In this document: positions 19,917-30,137 of the stretch, piece after piece
How the letters are laid out: each line of letters begins with the position of its first letter
Position numbering within the stretch: the stretch's first letter is position 1
Assembly: GCA_964610345.1 (NCBI GenBank)
Contig: CAZSVQ010000001.1
Location: forward strand, 280-62,348
Direction of reading: 5' to 3'
Source: an uncultured Candidatus Saccharibacteria bacterium
GTDB lineage: Bacteria; Patescibacteriota; Saccharimonadia; Saccharimonadales; JAGQNJ01
Length of the DNA stretch: 62,069 nt
Position numbers and translations under genes: made by a program
Notes under the pieces: model-generated
The model's database searches: none
What the model saw: the letters and a program-made list of their open reading frames with translations, nothing else
What the model was told of the DNA's origin: nothing

Positions 19917-20305
19917 TACTAACTATTAGAACTGATAATCCACAGGCAGAAGTCGGATTGTTTTTTGACACTGGGCAAAAGCGTCAATATAAAAAATGGC
20001 AAGCACATCGGCAGTTGGCGGAGTCAATTCATAAAGAAATCGATGTTTTGCTTAAAGCAGAATCTAAAACTTGGCAAGACGTATCCGGAATAATTTGCTA
20101 CAAGGGTCCAGGAAGTTATACGGGGTTGCGCATTGGGCTGACGGTAGCAAACGCGCTTAGTTATGGCTTAGGTATACCGATAATTGGCCAAATAGGTACT
20201 GATTGGAAAAGGCAGGGAGCTGAGAGAATTGCGCAAGGAAATAATGAAAATCAAATAGCCCCAGAATACGGTGCCGAACCCCGAATAACTCTTCAGAAAA
20301 AGTAA
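19913..20305 (+). CDS. tsaB: Short TsaB-like protein (N-terminal ASKHA half only)
   Basis: GPGSYTGLRIGLTVANALSYGLGIPIIG. Only 130 aa. Its start overlaps the tsaE stop. Confidence 0.7.
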   Translation: MILTIRTDNPQAEVGLFFDTGQKRQYKKWQAHRQLAESIHKEIDVLLKAESKTWQDVSGIICYKGPGSYTGLRIGLTVANALSYGLGIPIIGQIGTDWKRQGAERIAQGNNENQIAPEYGAEPRITLQKK

Positions 20306-20456
20306 ATTACTAAAGTTTATATATAACAATTCATCAGCAATTACGCTAGCCTTTAAAAATTGATTAATCCATCTTTTAAAACATAAAAAATGTTGACTAT
20401 AATTTCGGTTATGGTTAACATTAAGTTAAATTTAAAAAGAAGAAGGGGTTCAGTTT

Positions 20457-20591
20457 ATGGGTATTAAAACCTTTGGTAGAATTGGATTAGCAAGTTTATT
20501 AATAATTTCACAGTTTGTTGGTATAGCTAGTCTTACTTTAAAAAATCTTATGCTGCTAGTATTGAGCCAGATGGTCCTATCAAAAAAGTAA
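20457..20591 (+). other. Orphan signal-peptide ORF: the displaced 5' end of the S8 peptidase gene
   Basis: A good RBS (AAGAAGGGG) precedes MGIKTFGRIGLASLLIISQFVGIASLTLKN.. . The reading frame of the peptidase opens at 20531, in the -1 frame relative to this ORF. The two frames cross at the A6 run at 20540-20545. Confidence 0.6.
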
Positions 20592-20650
20592 TCGTAACAT
20601 ATAAAGATATTTCAGGTCTTCAAGCAGAGACAATAGAAGAGCAACGTGAA

Positions 20651-22360
20651 TTGGTTAGGTACCAAAAAAACCAATTAATGGTTGAGCAAATCCAAACGGA
20701 AGGGTATAAAAAGATTGTACGTAACTTGAACAATATTCCAGTTTCAATTATGGATGTAGACGCTGCAGGCGAAGCATCTTTAAAGGCATCCGATAAAGTA
20801 GTTTCAGTGGTTGAAGAAAAATATATGAAATCAACACTAAAAGATACGATACCATTCTTAGGAGGTTCAGCTTCGACAGGATTTAGTGACGGGTTTTCAA
20901 GTTATACCGGAAACGGGCAGATTGTTGCTGTGATAGATGAAGGTTTTAATGAGCCTCATCCAATGCTAGATGGTTCTTTCACTAATGAGTTATGTTTAAG
21001 CGAATCATACCAAGAATACCTTAATGCTATAGTAGAAAGCGCATGCCCTGGTTCTGCTACTGAGTCTGAAGCGACAGGTTCGACACTACCCAACACTTCT
21101 AGTAATAATCATGGCTCAAGTGTTTCTAGTGCAGCTGTTGGTCGTCATGTTACGGCAGGGCCAGATCATTATTCTGGAGTTGCCAAGGCTTCGGACATTT
21201 ATCCCGTTAAAATTGTGATGAAAGTAACTGAAAAATCTGGGTATGATTTGTGTGATGATAGTGTCCCAACTTTATCTGTTTGTTATCTTCTTGCAATGTC
21301 AGTAGTTCTTACAGCACTCGATAAAATAATTGATTTATCAAATGATGGAACATTGGGCAAGCCAATCGCAGCTATTAATGCAAGTTTTGGATCAGAAGAT
21401 TTCTATAGTAACGAATCAGCATGCGATGCAGCAAATATTGGATATGCGGAAGCATTTGCTAGTCTAAAACTTGCAAATATTGCTCCTATAGTGGCAGCTG
21501 GCAATAGCGGAGATGGTGTTAATCAAGATAAATTGGGTTCACCTGCATGCGTCACCAATGCAATAGGTGTCTCATCAAGCACCAGAAGTGATACAATGGC
21601 GTATTATTCTAATGCTGGCACACTAACTGATTTAGTAGCGCCTGGTGGCGATATGAGTGGATCGGGCGACGGAGGTATTATTTTGGCAGGTGATGGATCA
21701 AGCATGTCTGCAATGCAAGGCACATCGTTTGCAGCTCCTATAGTCGCCGGTGCTTATGCAGTTATGCGTGAGCAAAATCCAACAATTTCTGTCGATACTG
21801 TACTTAGGGTGTTCCAAGAAACTGGTGCTAATGTTGTTGAAAATAGAGCAGGATACACAGCCATTACTCACAAAAGGCTTGCTCTTGCCAGTGCTCTAGC
21901 AGCATCTACTGATCTTCCTTCTATTACATCCGTAACGCCACAAGGATCATCTTTTAGTGATGGCGATACAGTAAGTCTTGATATTGTGGCTCCAAATGCT
22001 GTTTCTTGTTCACAGGTTGGAGGAGCAGGCACAGCATCAATATCAAGTGGTCAAGGAACTATGGATATTACAATAGGCGGCGGAACTCAAAGTTATTTAA
22101 TTGAATGTATTGACTCAAATAATTATGCGGCTCGTTTTTCGATTACATTAGCAGCTTCAGGTAGTAGCGGAATTCCTGGATCTGAAAATGTGGGATCTAA
22201 CGGTCAGGTTTTGGGCTCTATCACTCCAGGTACACCTAATACGGGGTTTCAGCGTTTATTTAGGCAGAATATCCTACTAACGCTAGCGCTAACATTTGCT
22301 TCATCGGGTCTAATAATTTACTTAGCAATAAACAGAAAAAAACTTACATCAAATAAATAG
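20651..22360 (+). CDS. Subtilisin-family (S8) serine peptidase with C-terminal xPNTG sorting signal
   Basis: Catalytic D (VAVIDEGF), H (NNHGSSVSS) and S (GTSFAAPIVAG). The C-terminus is TPGTPNTGF plus a hydrophobic helix plus NRKKLTSNK. The frame is actually open from 20531, so the annotated TTG start is probably artefactual. Confidence 0.8.
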   Translation: MVRYQKNQLMVEQIQTEGYKKIVRNLNNIPVSIMDVDAAGEASLKASDKVVSVVEEKYMKSTLKDTIPFLGGSASTGFSDGFSSYTGNGQIVAVIDEGFNEPHPMLDGSFTNELCLSESYQEYLNAIVESACPGSATESEATGSTLPNTSSNNHGSSVSSAAVGRHVTAGPDHYSGVAKASDIYPVKIVMKVTEKSGYDLCDDSVPTLSVCYLLAMSVVLTALDKIIDLSNDGTLGKPIAAINASFGSEDFYSNESACDAANIGYAEAFASLKLANIAPIVAAGNSGDGVNQDKLGSPACVTNAIGVSSSTRSDTMAYYSNAGTLTDLVAPGGDMSGSGDGGIILAGDGSSMSAMQGTSFAAPIVAGAYAVMREQNPTISVDTVLRVFQETGANVVENRAGYTAITHKRLALASALAASTDLPSITSVTPQGSSFSDGDTVSLDIVAPNAVSCSQVGGAGTASISSGQGTMDITIGGGTQSYLIECIDSNNYAARFSITLAASGSSGIPGSENVGSNGQVLGSITPGTPNTGFQRLFRQNILLTLALTFASSGLIIYLAINRKKLTSNK

Positions 22361-22620
22361 TTATAAGAGAACAATAATCTTGAATTTCGAAAATATGCTT
22401 ATTTTTTCAAAAGAATGCAAAAATGTACCAAAGTTAGAATTCTGCAAAATAGTAAATTCTAAGTAATTTGTAAAAAGCATTAATATTTAGTAAAAATGCA
22501 TACTGTGAAATATAGTTGTAACTAAAACCACAAAAATACATAAAAAACTTGACAAAAATACACTTTAACCATAAGCTCATAGTAGCGTACTTTAAACAAC
22601 AAAAAGAGGAGAACAAAAAC

Positions 22621-24303
22621 GTGAAAACAAACAAACTTCTATTAGCTTTTGGTACATTTAGTATCGCTTTGCTTGCCGCACTTACGTTTACTAAAGCTAA
22701 TGCTTTCGCTGCAGCTAGAACATGGGATGGCGGTGGCTCAGACGATAACTTTAGTACCGCTGCAAATTGGGACGCCGACACAATGCCTGTTAGTGGTGAC
22801 AGTATTATTTTGCCGCTTGACATGGTGTTTGCAGGTTGTACTGGCAATACCCCAATTAATTTAAATAATGATTTAGACTCTTCTACAATTACACTCACAG
22901 GTGTTACAGTAAATAGTTCAAAGCCAGAAGGTTGTGTTGCGGATGCTACTATAAATGGCAATACAATTAAAACTTCAGGCAATGTTATTGGAGCTGGATG
23001 GAGTGCAATATTTAATACTAACATAGAAACAGCTGGTAATATCACAATTGAAAATATAAGAGCGTCAGCTGATTTAATTATCGGGACCAATAACGTAACT
23101 GTGGAAGAAAGTTATTTTGATGGTGTCTCTGGCTCAGGTAGTTTAACTTTAGATAGTGATGGTATGGGTGGTGGCGGTGGTGGTGACTGCTCTGCACAGG
23201 CGCAACCTAATCCATTTGGTGGTGATGGTTCTGGGTTTAGCGGGCCAATAATAATTACGGGTCATGCCAATATTATAGTTACATCTCGAGACGGGGATGT
23301 CGCAAGGCATGCATCAAGCATAACAGTAGATGGTGGCAATAGCGGTGTATCATTTAATACTGATAATGGTAATAACCTAAGTTACAGTAAAAACATAACA
23401 ATTAACGGTGGATATTTATCTGCATCACAATCATATGATGAAGCTTGCAACTATCCGATTAATATTACAAATGTAGAGTTGACAGGTAATATCACAATTA
23501 ATGCTACTACTACCGTAAATTTATATAAAGCAAACTTAAACTTTACAGGTTCGTTGAACGGAAAAGAAAATATAGCATTGCAAACTGGACAATCAGGAAC
23601 AATATCATATCCTGATGGTTCAACTCAGAAAAGTGAAATGAAAGTGGTAACAATTGATAGCACTGATAATTGTATGGATGCTTGGATAGGATCTTCGGTA
23701 AACGCAAAATTGATTATGAATATTGACTGCTCTGAGTCGGTTGGATTTAGTGCTGATTATCCATTTAGCATATATGGGATATTTGCGGGAGTTGGTAAAA
23801 TAGGCCATGTTAAAATAGAAAACGGTGGGAAAATTGCACCCGGTTTGAGCCCAGGAACGTTAACTACTGGTAATATCGAATGGGTAGAAGGCTCTACATA
23901 CGAATTTGAAATAGGCAAAGACGGTGCAGATAAAATCGTTGCAAATGGCACAGTAACGCTCGGTAACGGAACATTAAGCGTATTGCGATATCAAGATTAC
24001 GCTCCAAAATCCGGTGATGTTTATACAATAATCGAGAACGATGGATCTGACGCAGTTAGTGGAACATTTAAGGATTTGCCAGAAGGTGCAACTTTTACCA
24101 CAGCAGACGGAGCAGTTTACAGAATTAATTATGTAGGCGGTGATGGTAACGACATAATTTTAACAGTTGTTGGCGCGCCAAAAGTCCCAAATACAGGTTC
24201 AGAGTTGATTAAAAATAATCCTATGGCAACTTTTGCAGTTACAACAATTGCTGCTTTAATAGTTGGAGCTATTGCAAGAAAGCGCGCTATACTTAGCAAA
24301 TAA
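22621..24303 (+). CDS. Large secreted beta-helix / autotransporter-associated-repeat-like surface protein with VPNTG sorting signal
   Basis: The GTG at 22621 follows AAAGAGGAG and gives the signal peptide VKTNKLLLAFGTFSIALLAALTFTKANA. The later motif GKIAPGLSPGTLTTG...YRINYVGGDGNDIILTV is present. The C-terminus is VPNTG plus TM plus RKRAILSK. Confidence 0.7.
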   Translation: MKTNKLLLAFGTFSIALLAALTFTKANAFAAARTWDGGGSDDNFSTAANWDADTMPVSGDSIILPLDMVFAGCTGNTPINLNNDLDSSTITLTGVTVNSSKPEGCVADATINGNTIKTSGNVIGAGWSAIFNTNIETAGNITIENIRASADLIIGTNNVTVEESYFDGVSGSGSLTLDSDGMGGGGGGDCSAQAQPNPFGGDGSGFSGPIIITGHANIIVTSRDGDVARHASSITVDGGNSGVSFNTDNGNNLSYSKNITINGGYLSASQSYDEACNYPINITNVELTGNITINATTTVNLYKANLNFTGSLNGKENIALQTGQSGTISYPDGSTQKSEMKVVTIDSTDNCMDAWIGSSVNAKLIMNIDCSESVGFSADYPFSIYGIFAGVGKIGHVKIENGGKIAPGLSPGTLTTGNIEWVEGSTYEFEIGKDGADKIVANGTVTLGNGTLSVLRYQDYAPKSGDVYTIIENDGSDAVSGTFKDLPEGATFTTADGAVYRINYVGGDGNDIILTVVGAPKVPNTGSELIKNNPMATFAVTTIAALIVGAIARKRAILSK

Positions 24304-24362
24304 CAACAAAAAACCCAATTATTGATTGGGCAAACAAATAATAAAACGGATACAAAAACAAA

Positions 24363-25457
24363 ATGTTAAAACTTGATTCAATTGAAATGTCTAGCCGATT
24401 AAAAACATATAATTCTCGGTCAGTTAAGAGGGTAGAGCCACGTAGTCGGGTTAATCACTTAACTAAGCGAGTCGGTATGGATGTCTGGGAGCCAGCGTTA
24501 AAGGACGTAGTTTTTAATAATACTACCGAATCACCTAAAAACACAAAGCACACAACTGACATTAGTGTTAATAATATTGGTACATCTAAAATTACAGATG
24601 TTCAAAACCGCTCAAGTTTTACACCTCGCACCATAAGCCCAAATAAATACATTAACAAAGAGTCGAATAATATAAGCGATTTAGAAGCAGACAGTATGTT
24701 CCGTAAACTTGATTTTTCAGCTTCAGCCAGTGATTGGAAAAAACAAAAAAAATCAAACTTTAATTTTGGTAAATCAAATATAACTAAAGCTGGATTTAAA
24801 AATTTTGCATTATATGGAATGGCCGTAACGGTATTTTTATTTGGCGTGGCAGCAGCGATGAATTCATTTATGACCGATAAAAAGATAGTAGAAGCAGCGG
24901 CAAAACCACAAGAATCAAGTGATCAAGAAGAATTTGGGGGTGCGACAGACGATGCTAGTGACGAATCAAAAACAGATGTAGGAGCATATAAAGTAGCACC
25001 AGATATGCCTAGAGTAATATACATACCAAAACTAAAGGTAAACGCAAGAGTAACAAAAATGGGTATAAAAAATGACGGATCATTAGAAGCGCCAAAAAAT
25101 GTACATGATGCAGGTTGGTATAAAAATAGCTCAAAACCCGGTAGCCCTGGTGGAGCATCTTTGATCGATGGTCATGTATCTGGGCCAACCCAAAAAGGGG
25201 TATTCTATAAGATTGAAACATTAAAGTCTGGTGATGTAATCACGATAGAACGTGGCGATGGTAGTAAATTAGAATACAGTGTTGTCAAGACAGAAGTTGC
25301 TAAAGCAACTGAAACTGATATGGCAAAAATGATGTTGCCTGTTACAGTCGGTAAGCACGGGCTAAACTTAATTACTTGCACTGGTAAGTTTGACTCATCC
25401 ACCAAAACCTACGAAGACCGAGCACTTGTTTATGCAGAGTTTGTAAAAGCTTACTAA
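24363..25457 (+). CDS. Sortase-family transpeptidase (class E/F-like) with a long N-terminal linker and TM anchor
   Basis: Catalytic His (LIDGHVSG), Cys (LNLITCTG) and Arg (DRALVYAEF). Confidence 0.8.
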   Translation: MLKLDSIEMSSRLKTYNSRSVKRVEPRSRVNHLTKRVGMDVWEPALKDVVFNNTTESPKNTKHTTDISVNNIGTSKITDVQNRSSFTPRTISPNKYINKESNNISDLEADSMFRKLDFSASASDWKKQKKSNFNFGKSNITKAGFKNFALYGMAVTVFLFGVAAAMNSFMTDKKIVEAAAKPQESSDQEEFGGATDDASDESKTDVGAYKVAPDMPRVIYIPKLKVNARVTKMGIKNDGSLEAPKNVHDAGWYKNSSKPGSPGGASLIDGHVSGPTQKGVFYKIETLKSGDVITIERGDGSKLEYSVVKTEVAKATETDMAKMMLPVTVGKHGLNLITCTGKFDSSTKTYEDRALVYAEFVKAY

Positions 25458-25721
25458 ATGTTAGGTTAAACTAATTGATTGCAGTATAATCTGGCATAGG
25501 ATTAGAGTTTTCAAAAAACAAATCCGATTAATTAATTGATTTATAAATTTTGGTTGGTCATAAAGAAGTGATAGTGATTGAACCAATCAGAGTTTTGAAT
25601 GCATATTCAGTGCAAAGGCTTAAACTAGGGCTATAAATTTAAAAACTTTAAATCTAAAAGTAATCATACAAATAAAAAACTTAAGATTACTAACACTGAA
25701 GGTGCGAGAAAGGAAAAACAG

Positions 25722-27236
25722 ATGGAACCAATCACCATAGTATTACTTGTGGCTGGTCTTGCTGCTGGTTTTGGTGGTAATGTCCTTATTACGCGCCAAA
25801 AAGCTGGCAAAGCTGAGGACGTTGCTAAAAAAGAAGTAGAAAAAGCCAAAAAAGAAGCACGTAAAATCGTGCAAGACGCCCGCGATGATGCAACTAAAAT
25901 AGCGGATGAAGCTCGCAAAGAAGAGCAAACCAGACGTCGAGAGTTTAAAGATATAGAAAAGCGTTTACTAGACCGCGAAGAGTCACTAGATAAAAAATTA
26001 GATCAACTAGATAAACGCAATGAGAATTTGCGCAAAAGTGAAGATGAAGTAGAAGGGCTCAAGGATGAAATCCGCAAAATCCGTACCAAACAGCAAGAAA
26101 AGCTTGAGAAAGTTGCTAAGTTAAGTAAGTCTGACGCAGCTGATAAATTAATGCAAATGACTGAACGCGACATTAAAGCAGATTTAACTGGCTTGGTTGC
26201 AAAACTGCAAACAGAAGCTCAGGAACAAGCAGAAGAAAAAGCTGGTGTGATTATCGTAAGTGCTATGGAGCGCATGGCAAGCGAAGTCACAGCTGAACGT
26301 ACAATCACAAGTGTCAAGCTTGAGGATGAAGAGATGAAAGGTCGTATAATCGGCAAAGAAGGCCGGAATATTCAAGCGCTACAGCGGGCAACTGGTGTAG
26401 ATATTATGGTAGACGACACGCCAGGTTATATTGTACTTTCTAGCTTTGATCCTGTGCGCCGTGAGGTAGCTCGCCAAGCTGTAGAAATGTTGCTCAAAGA
26501 TGGTCGTGTCCATCCGGGGCGGATTGAAGAAGTGGTTGAAAAAGCTCAAAAGAACGTTCAAAAAGATGTTTTGCGCGCAGGTGAGGACGCTGCTCGTGAA
26601 GTAGGTATAATTGGTATGCCAAAAGAGATTTTGCAAATTTTGGGTGAATTAAAGTACAGGACATCTTATGGCCAGAATGTCTTAAAGCATAGCACCGAAA
26701 TGGCTCACATCGCAGGTATTATTGCAGAAGAAGTTGGTGCCGATGTAAAAACTGCAAAATATGCGGCGTTAGTTCATGACATTGGCAAGGCTCTAACTCA
26801 TAAGGTTGAGGGCAAGCACCACCATATAAGTGGAGAAATTTTACGTAAATATGGCGCTCCAGAAGAAGTAGCTTTGGCCGCAGAACAGCACCACGATGAC
26901 GTAGAAGCAACCACAACCGAGGCTTTGATTGTTAGGGTGGTTGATGCGATTAGTGCGGCTCGCCCTGGTGCTCGTAATATCAGCGCAGAGAATTTTGCAG
27001 AGCGCATGAAAGAATTAGAAAACGTTGCTAACAGCTTTGGTGGGATAGAAAAGTCGTACGCTATTAGTGCCGGGCGTGAGGTACGAGTTTTTGTTAAACC
27101 ACAAAGCATTGATGATTTGTCGGCCATAAAACTCGCCCGCGATATCGCAACCAAGATTGAAAGCACCATGCAATACCCTGGCACCATCAAGGTTAATGTG
27201 ATCCGCGAAACGCGCGCCATAGAATTTGCTAAATAA
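25722..27236 (+). CDS. rny: Ribonuclease Y
   Basis: N-terminal TM, coiled coil, KH domain (MKGRIIGKEGRNIQAL) and HD domain (ALVHDIGKA...HH). Confidence 0.95.
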   Translation: MEPITIVLLVAGLAAGFGGNVLITRQKAGKAEDVAKKEVEKAKKEARKIVQDARDDATKIADEARKEEQTRRREFKDIEKRLLDREESLDKKLDQLDKRNENLRKSEDEVEGLKDEIRKIRTKQQEKLEKVAKLSKSDAADKLMQMTERDIKADLTGLVAKLQTEAQEQAEEKAGVIIVSAMERMASEVTAERTITSVKLEDEEMKGRIIGKEGRNIQALQRATGVDIMVDDTPGYIVLSSFDPVRREVARQAVEMLLKDGRVHPGRIEEVVEKAQKNVQKDVLRAGEDAAREVGIIGMPKEILQILGELKYRTSYGQNVLKHSTEMAHIAGIIAEEVGADVKTAKYAALVHDIGKALTHKVEGKHHHISGEILRKYGAPEEVALAAEQHHDDVEATTTEALIVRVVDAISAARPGARNISAENFAERMKELENVANSFGGIEKSYAISAGREVRVFVKPQSIDDLSAIKLARDIATKIESTMQYPGTIKVNVIRETRAIEFAK

Positions 27237-27266
27237 ACTCAAGCTCTTAGTGTAAAATATTAGTAG

Positions 27267-28004
27267 GTGAAAAACTTGCTTTTAAATAAAATCAGATTAT
27301 CTTGGTATTTTGGATTTTTCTTTATTTTATTTTTTTTGATTTTGAACTTCCTTCCAAGATTCAAATTTGAAGCCGGTGCATTGACACTGTTCTCTGTCAA
27401 TTCTTTTTTATATGGCTTTTACATTTCACCAATTTTGGGAGCACAAAAAGCTCGCATAGAAGAACTTCATAGAATTGTGCGTGCTGAATCAAACGCCATC
27501 TTTACAATCATGCTTGCAACGAAAGGTCTACGAAAGCCACAACGTAGCAATTTACAGTCAAAGTTCTCACTTTATCTAACACAAACCTCTCACAAACTAA
27601 GGGGTGATGCAGAAAAGACTTATGAAGGAATCATTAGCTATTGCTTGGATTACGACGGCAAAGATAAAGATAAAATGAATAAGCTTTTAGAAAAAATAGT
27701 AGCCAATCAACAAAACAGAACAAACCTTAGCATGCAATTATCTAATAGAGTTTATAGCAATGAATGGATGATCATGATGGTACTATTCTCTATTACCTTG
27801 TCATTTATACTATTGCTAGATACCGGAAGTAGCCTTATTTTGCGCACAGTGACTGCGTTGTTATGTACTAGTTTGACGATGCTCGTATTGATTTTAATCA
27901 AGTTGAGTACACTATCACACAAAAAAGCAAAACAAATGTGGGAACCTTTTGAATCACTACTTTCTACACACTACTATCGCATTGATAAAAATTCGGACGA
28001 CTAG
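27267..28004 (+). CDS. Hypothetical membrane protein (GTG start)
   Basis: 245 aa with TM helices at both ends. No family recognised with confidence. Confidence 0.4.
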   Translation: MKNLLLNKIRLSWYFGFFFILFFLILNFLPRFKFEAGALTLFSVNSFLYGFYISPILGAQKARIEELHRIVRAESNAIFTIMLATKGLRKPQRSNLQSKFSLYLTQTSHKLRGDAEKTYEGIISYCLDYDGKDKDKMNKLLEKIVANQQNRTNLSMQLSNRVYSNEWMIMMVLFSITLSFILLLDTGSSLILRTVTALLCTSLTMLVLILIKLSTLSHKKAKQMWEPFESLLSTHYYRIDKNSDD

Positions 28005-28066
28005 CATTTAAATGATCTATAATGTATAATCCTCCCTGTTGGATATTAATTTTTGAAAATTAACGA

Positions 28067-28143
28067 CGGGGTTTGGCGCAGTTGGCTAGCGCGCGCGGTT
28101 TGGGACCGCGAGGTCACAGGTTCGAGTCCTGTAACCCCGACCA
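28067..28143 (+). tRNA. tRNA-Pro (anticodon UGG), CCA encoded
   Basis: Manual fold: acceptor CGGGGTT/AACCCCG, D stem GCGC/GCGC, anticodon stem CGCGG/CCGCG with loop TTTGGGA, and T arm ACAGG-TTCGAGT-CCTGT. Confidence 0.9.
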
Positions 28144-28313
28144 AGTAAAGCGTTCCTTTCGGTTTTTATTTTATTAAGTATTAGCAGTATGTATATCTTT
28201 GAGCAGACAAGAATGTTGTGATTGTGACATATTCTTGCATATGTTGCATAAGCATTGTTATAATTTATTAACATAAGTTAAATAATAGGTGGGCAAGGAG
28301 GGTTTCCTAGTTC

Positions 28314-28766
28314 ATGAGTAATATCAAAAAAATAATAAGTGCGAGCACACTTTTTGCATTAGTGATTGTAGCGGGTTTTGTGATTGTTGGTAGAGGCAGT
28401 GTTTCTGCACAAGAGCTGGTTCAAGAAAACAATCAACAAACTAACAATAACCAAAGTCAATCATTTAATTATGTTGCGCAACCAGGAGACTCTTTTAGTT
28501 TAATGGCGCGCAAGGCAATACAAACATACGGAATAAACAATAAAGTTAATTTAAGTGAAGCTCAAATTATTTTTGCAGAAACAAATATAACGCAAACTGC
28601 GGGGTCGCCAGTTTTAGCACAGGGTCAAAAAGTTGAAATAAATGAAACTACTGTAAAAGATTGGGTCGAAAAGGCAAAAAGCCTTACCGCCGAGCAACAA
28701 GCAGCTTGGGATGTTTATGCTAAACAAGCAAATTTCAATACAAACAAAGTTGGCCAAGCCTCATAA
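28314..28766 (+). CDS. Secreted protein with LysM-like segment
   Basis: Signal peptide, then YVAQPGDSFSLMARKAIQTYG...GQKVEI, which resembles a LysM with an insertion. Confidence 0.35.
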   Translation: MSNIKKIISASTLFALVIVAGFVIVGRGSVSAQELVQENNQQTNNNQSQSFNYVAQPGDSFSLMARKAIQTYGINNKVNLSEAQIIFAETNITQTAGSPVLAQGQKVEINETTVKDWVEKAKSLTAEQQAAWDVYAKQANFNTNKVGQAS

Positions 28767-28815
28767 AACTCTTAAAGTAACTAAATAATTAAACCGCTAG
28801 TGTACAATATGTGTT

Positions 28816-29448
28816 ATGCACGATATTGCGCTGGCGGTTTTGCCAGTTTTTGCCCTGCTTGTTTTAACAGAAGTACTTTGGCGTAATAATAGTTTGCGTG
28901 GTGAGTCAGCACGCAAGTTTATCCATATAGTAGTTGGGTCTTATGTGGCTTTTTGGCCATTTTTGATTAGCTTTGAAACCATTCAGCTTGTGAGCGCAGC
29001 ATTTTTGATAGTTATTGGTATTTCACTTCGTTTTCATATATTTAAAGCTATACATGGTGTCGCCCGAAAAACTTGGGGTGAGGTGCTGTTCGCGGTTGGG
29101 ATTGGCTTAATTGCAGTACTGACAAATGAACCATGGGTGTTTACGGCTTGTATTTTGCATATGAGTGTGGCAGATGGTTTTGCTGCTTTGGCTGGTAAAC
29201 GTTGGGGCGAAAGTACTCGATATAAAGTTTATGGTCATGAAAAAAGTTTAGTTGGCACAGTAGTTTTTTGGCTGTGTTCGTTATTAATTACCGGTTTAGC
29301 GATAATTAATATTCCTGAACTTCAAGCTAATGCGTCAACCTATTTATTGTGGTTACCGTTTGCAACAAGTTTTGCAGAAAATATCGGCATAAATGGCACA
29401 GATAACGTGTTAGTGCCAGTGCTGGTATATATTGCATTAACAGTCTGA
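28816..29448 (+). CDS. Polyprenol/dolichol/phytol kinase - CDP-alcohol (CTP_transf_1) family membrane protein
   Basis: Polytopic, 210 aa, with SVADGFAALAGKRWG typical of this family. Confidence 0.5.
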   Translation: MHDIALAVLPVFALLVLTEVLWRNNSLRGESARKFIHIVVGSYVAFWPFLISFETIQLVSAAFLIVIGISLRFHIFKAIHGVARKTWGEVLFAVGIGLIAVLTNEPWVFTACILHMSVADGFAALAGKRWGESTRYKVYGHEKSLVGTVVFWLCSLLITGLAIINIPELQANASTYLLWLPFATSFAENIGINGTDNVLVPVLVYIALTV

Positions 29449-29571
29449 TCATAAAAATTAAAAACAATTGTGTTTACTAAGCTCGTACATTTTATACATT
29501 GCATTAATCAAAACTGTGCTACAATAACCACAAGCACAAATAACCAAGGAGAAGGGAATTAAACTAACGTT

Positions 29572-30027
29572 ATGGACGTGTCACCTCTTAATAGCAAATC
29601 AACTAACAAACCAAGCAAATCCAAAAAGCTATCTTCAAAACAAAAGAAACTAATCCTAACCTTAGCAGCCATATTACTAGTAATACTAGCCTTCTGTGGA
29701 GTATATAAGTACTCTTACAATAAAGGCTACAAAGCCGGAGAAGCTAACGCCAAAAAGAATACTGCCAGTAACGCCCAAGACCTACTAGGTAACATCCAAA
29801 ACCCATTTAAAACCCAAACCGGCCAAGTAGAAAAACTAGAAGGTGAAACTCTAACCATAACTAACTCTAAAGGTGAAACCAAAACAATCAAGATAACCAA
29901 CAGTACCAAAATAACCAAAAAAACTGAAACCCTAAACAAAGACGCCCTAACCAAAGGCACCAAAGTCACTATCTTCACAAGCGGAGAAGGTGACAACCTA
30001 AGTGCAACACGAGTAGTGGTAAGATAA
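29572..30027 (+). CDS. Membrane-anchored hypothetical protein (DUF5666-like C-terminus)
   Basis: N-terminal basic region plus TM. C-terminal pattern is TLTITNSKGETKTIKITNSTKITKK...GTKVTIFTSG. Confidence 0.35.
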   Translation: MDVSPLNSKSTNKPSKSKKLSSKQKKLILTLAAILLVILAFCGVYKYSYNKGYKAGEANAKKNTASNAQDLLGNIQNPFKTQTGQVEKLEGETLTITNSKGETKTIKITNSTKITKKTETLNKDALTKGTKVTIFTSGEGDNLSATRVVVR

Positions 30028-30106
30028 CCCCTCAGCCCACCAAAAAGCAAAACGTTAGATTTAAGATATAAGACGCGAGTCGTAAAAATTCAAGATTTAA
30101 GTTACG

Positions 30107-30137
30107 AGGTTTTTAGAGGATGAACCTCTAAAAACCT
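30107..30137. repeat. Perfect 13-bp inverted repeat with a 5-nt loop in a 218-nt intergenic region
   Basis: AGGTTTTTAGAGG-ATGAA-CCTCTAAAAACCT, read directly. Confidence 0.8.

Noticed and set aside
22434-23090. 218-aa ORF on the minus strand overlapping the start of the beta-helix surface protein gene
   Set aside because: It is entirely antisense to a gene with clear RBS, signal peptide and domain logic. Its translation is low-complexity hydrophobic and has no start context. It is a typical shadow ORF.
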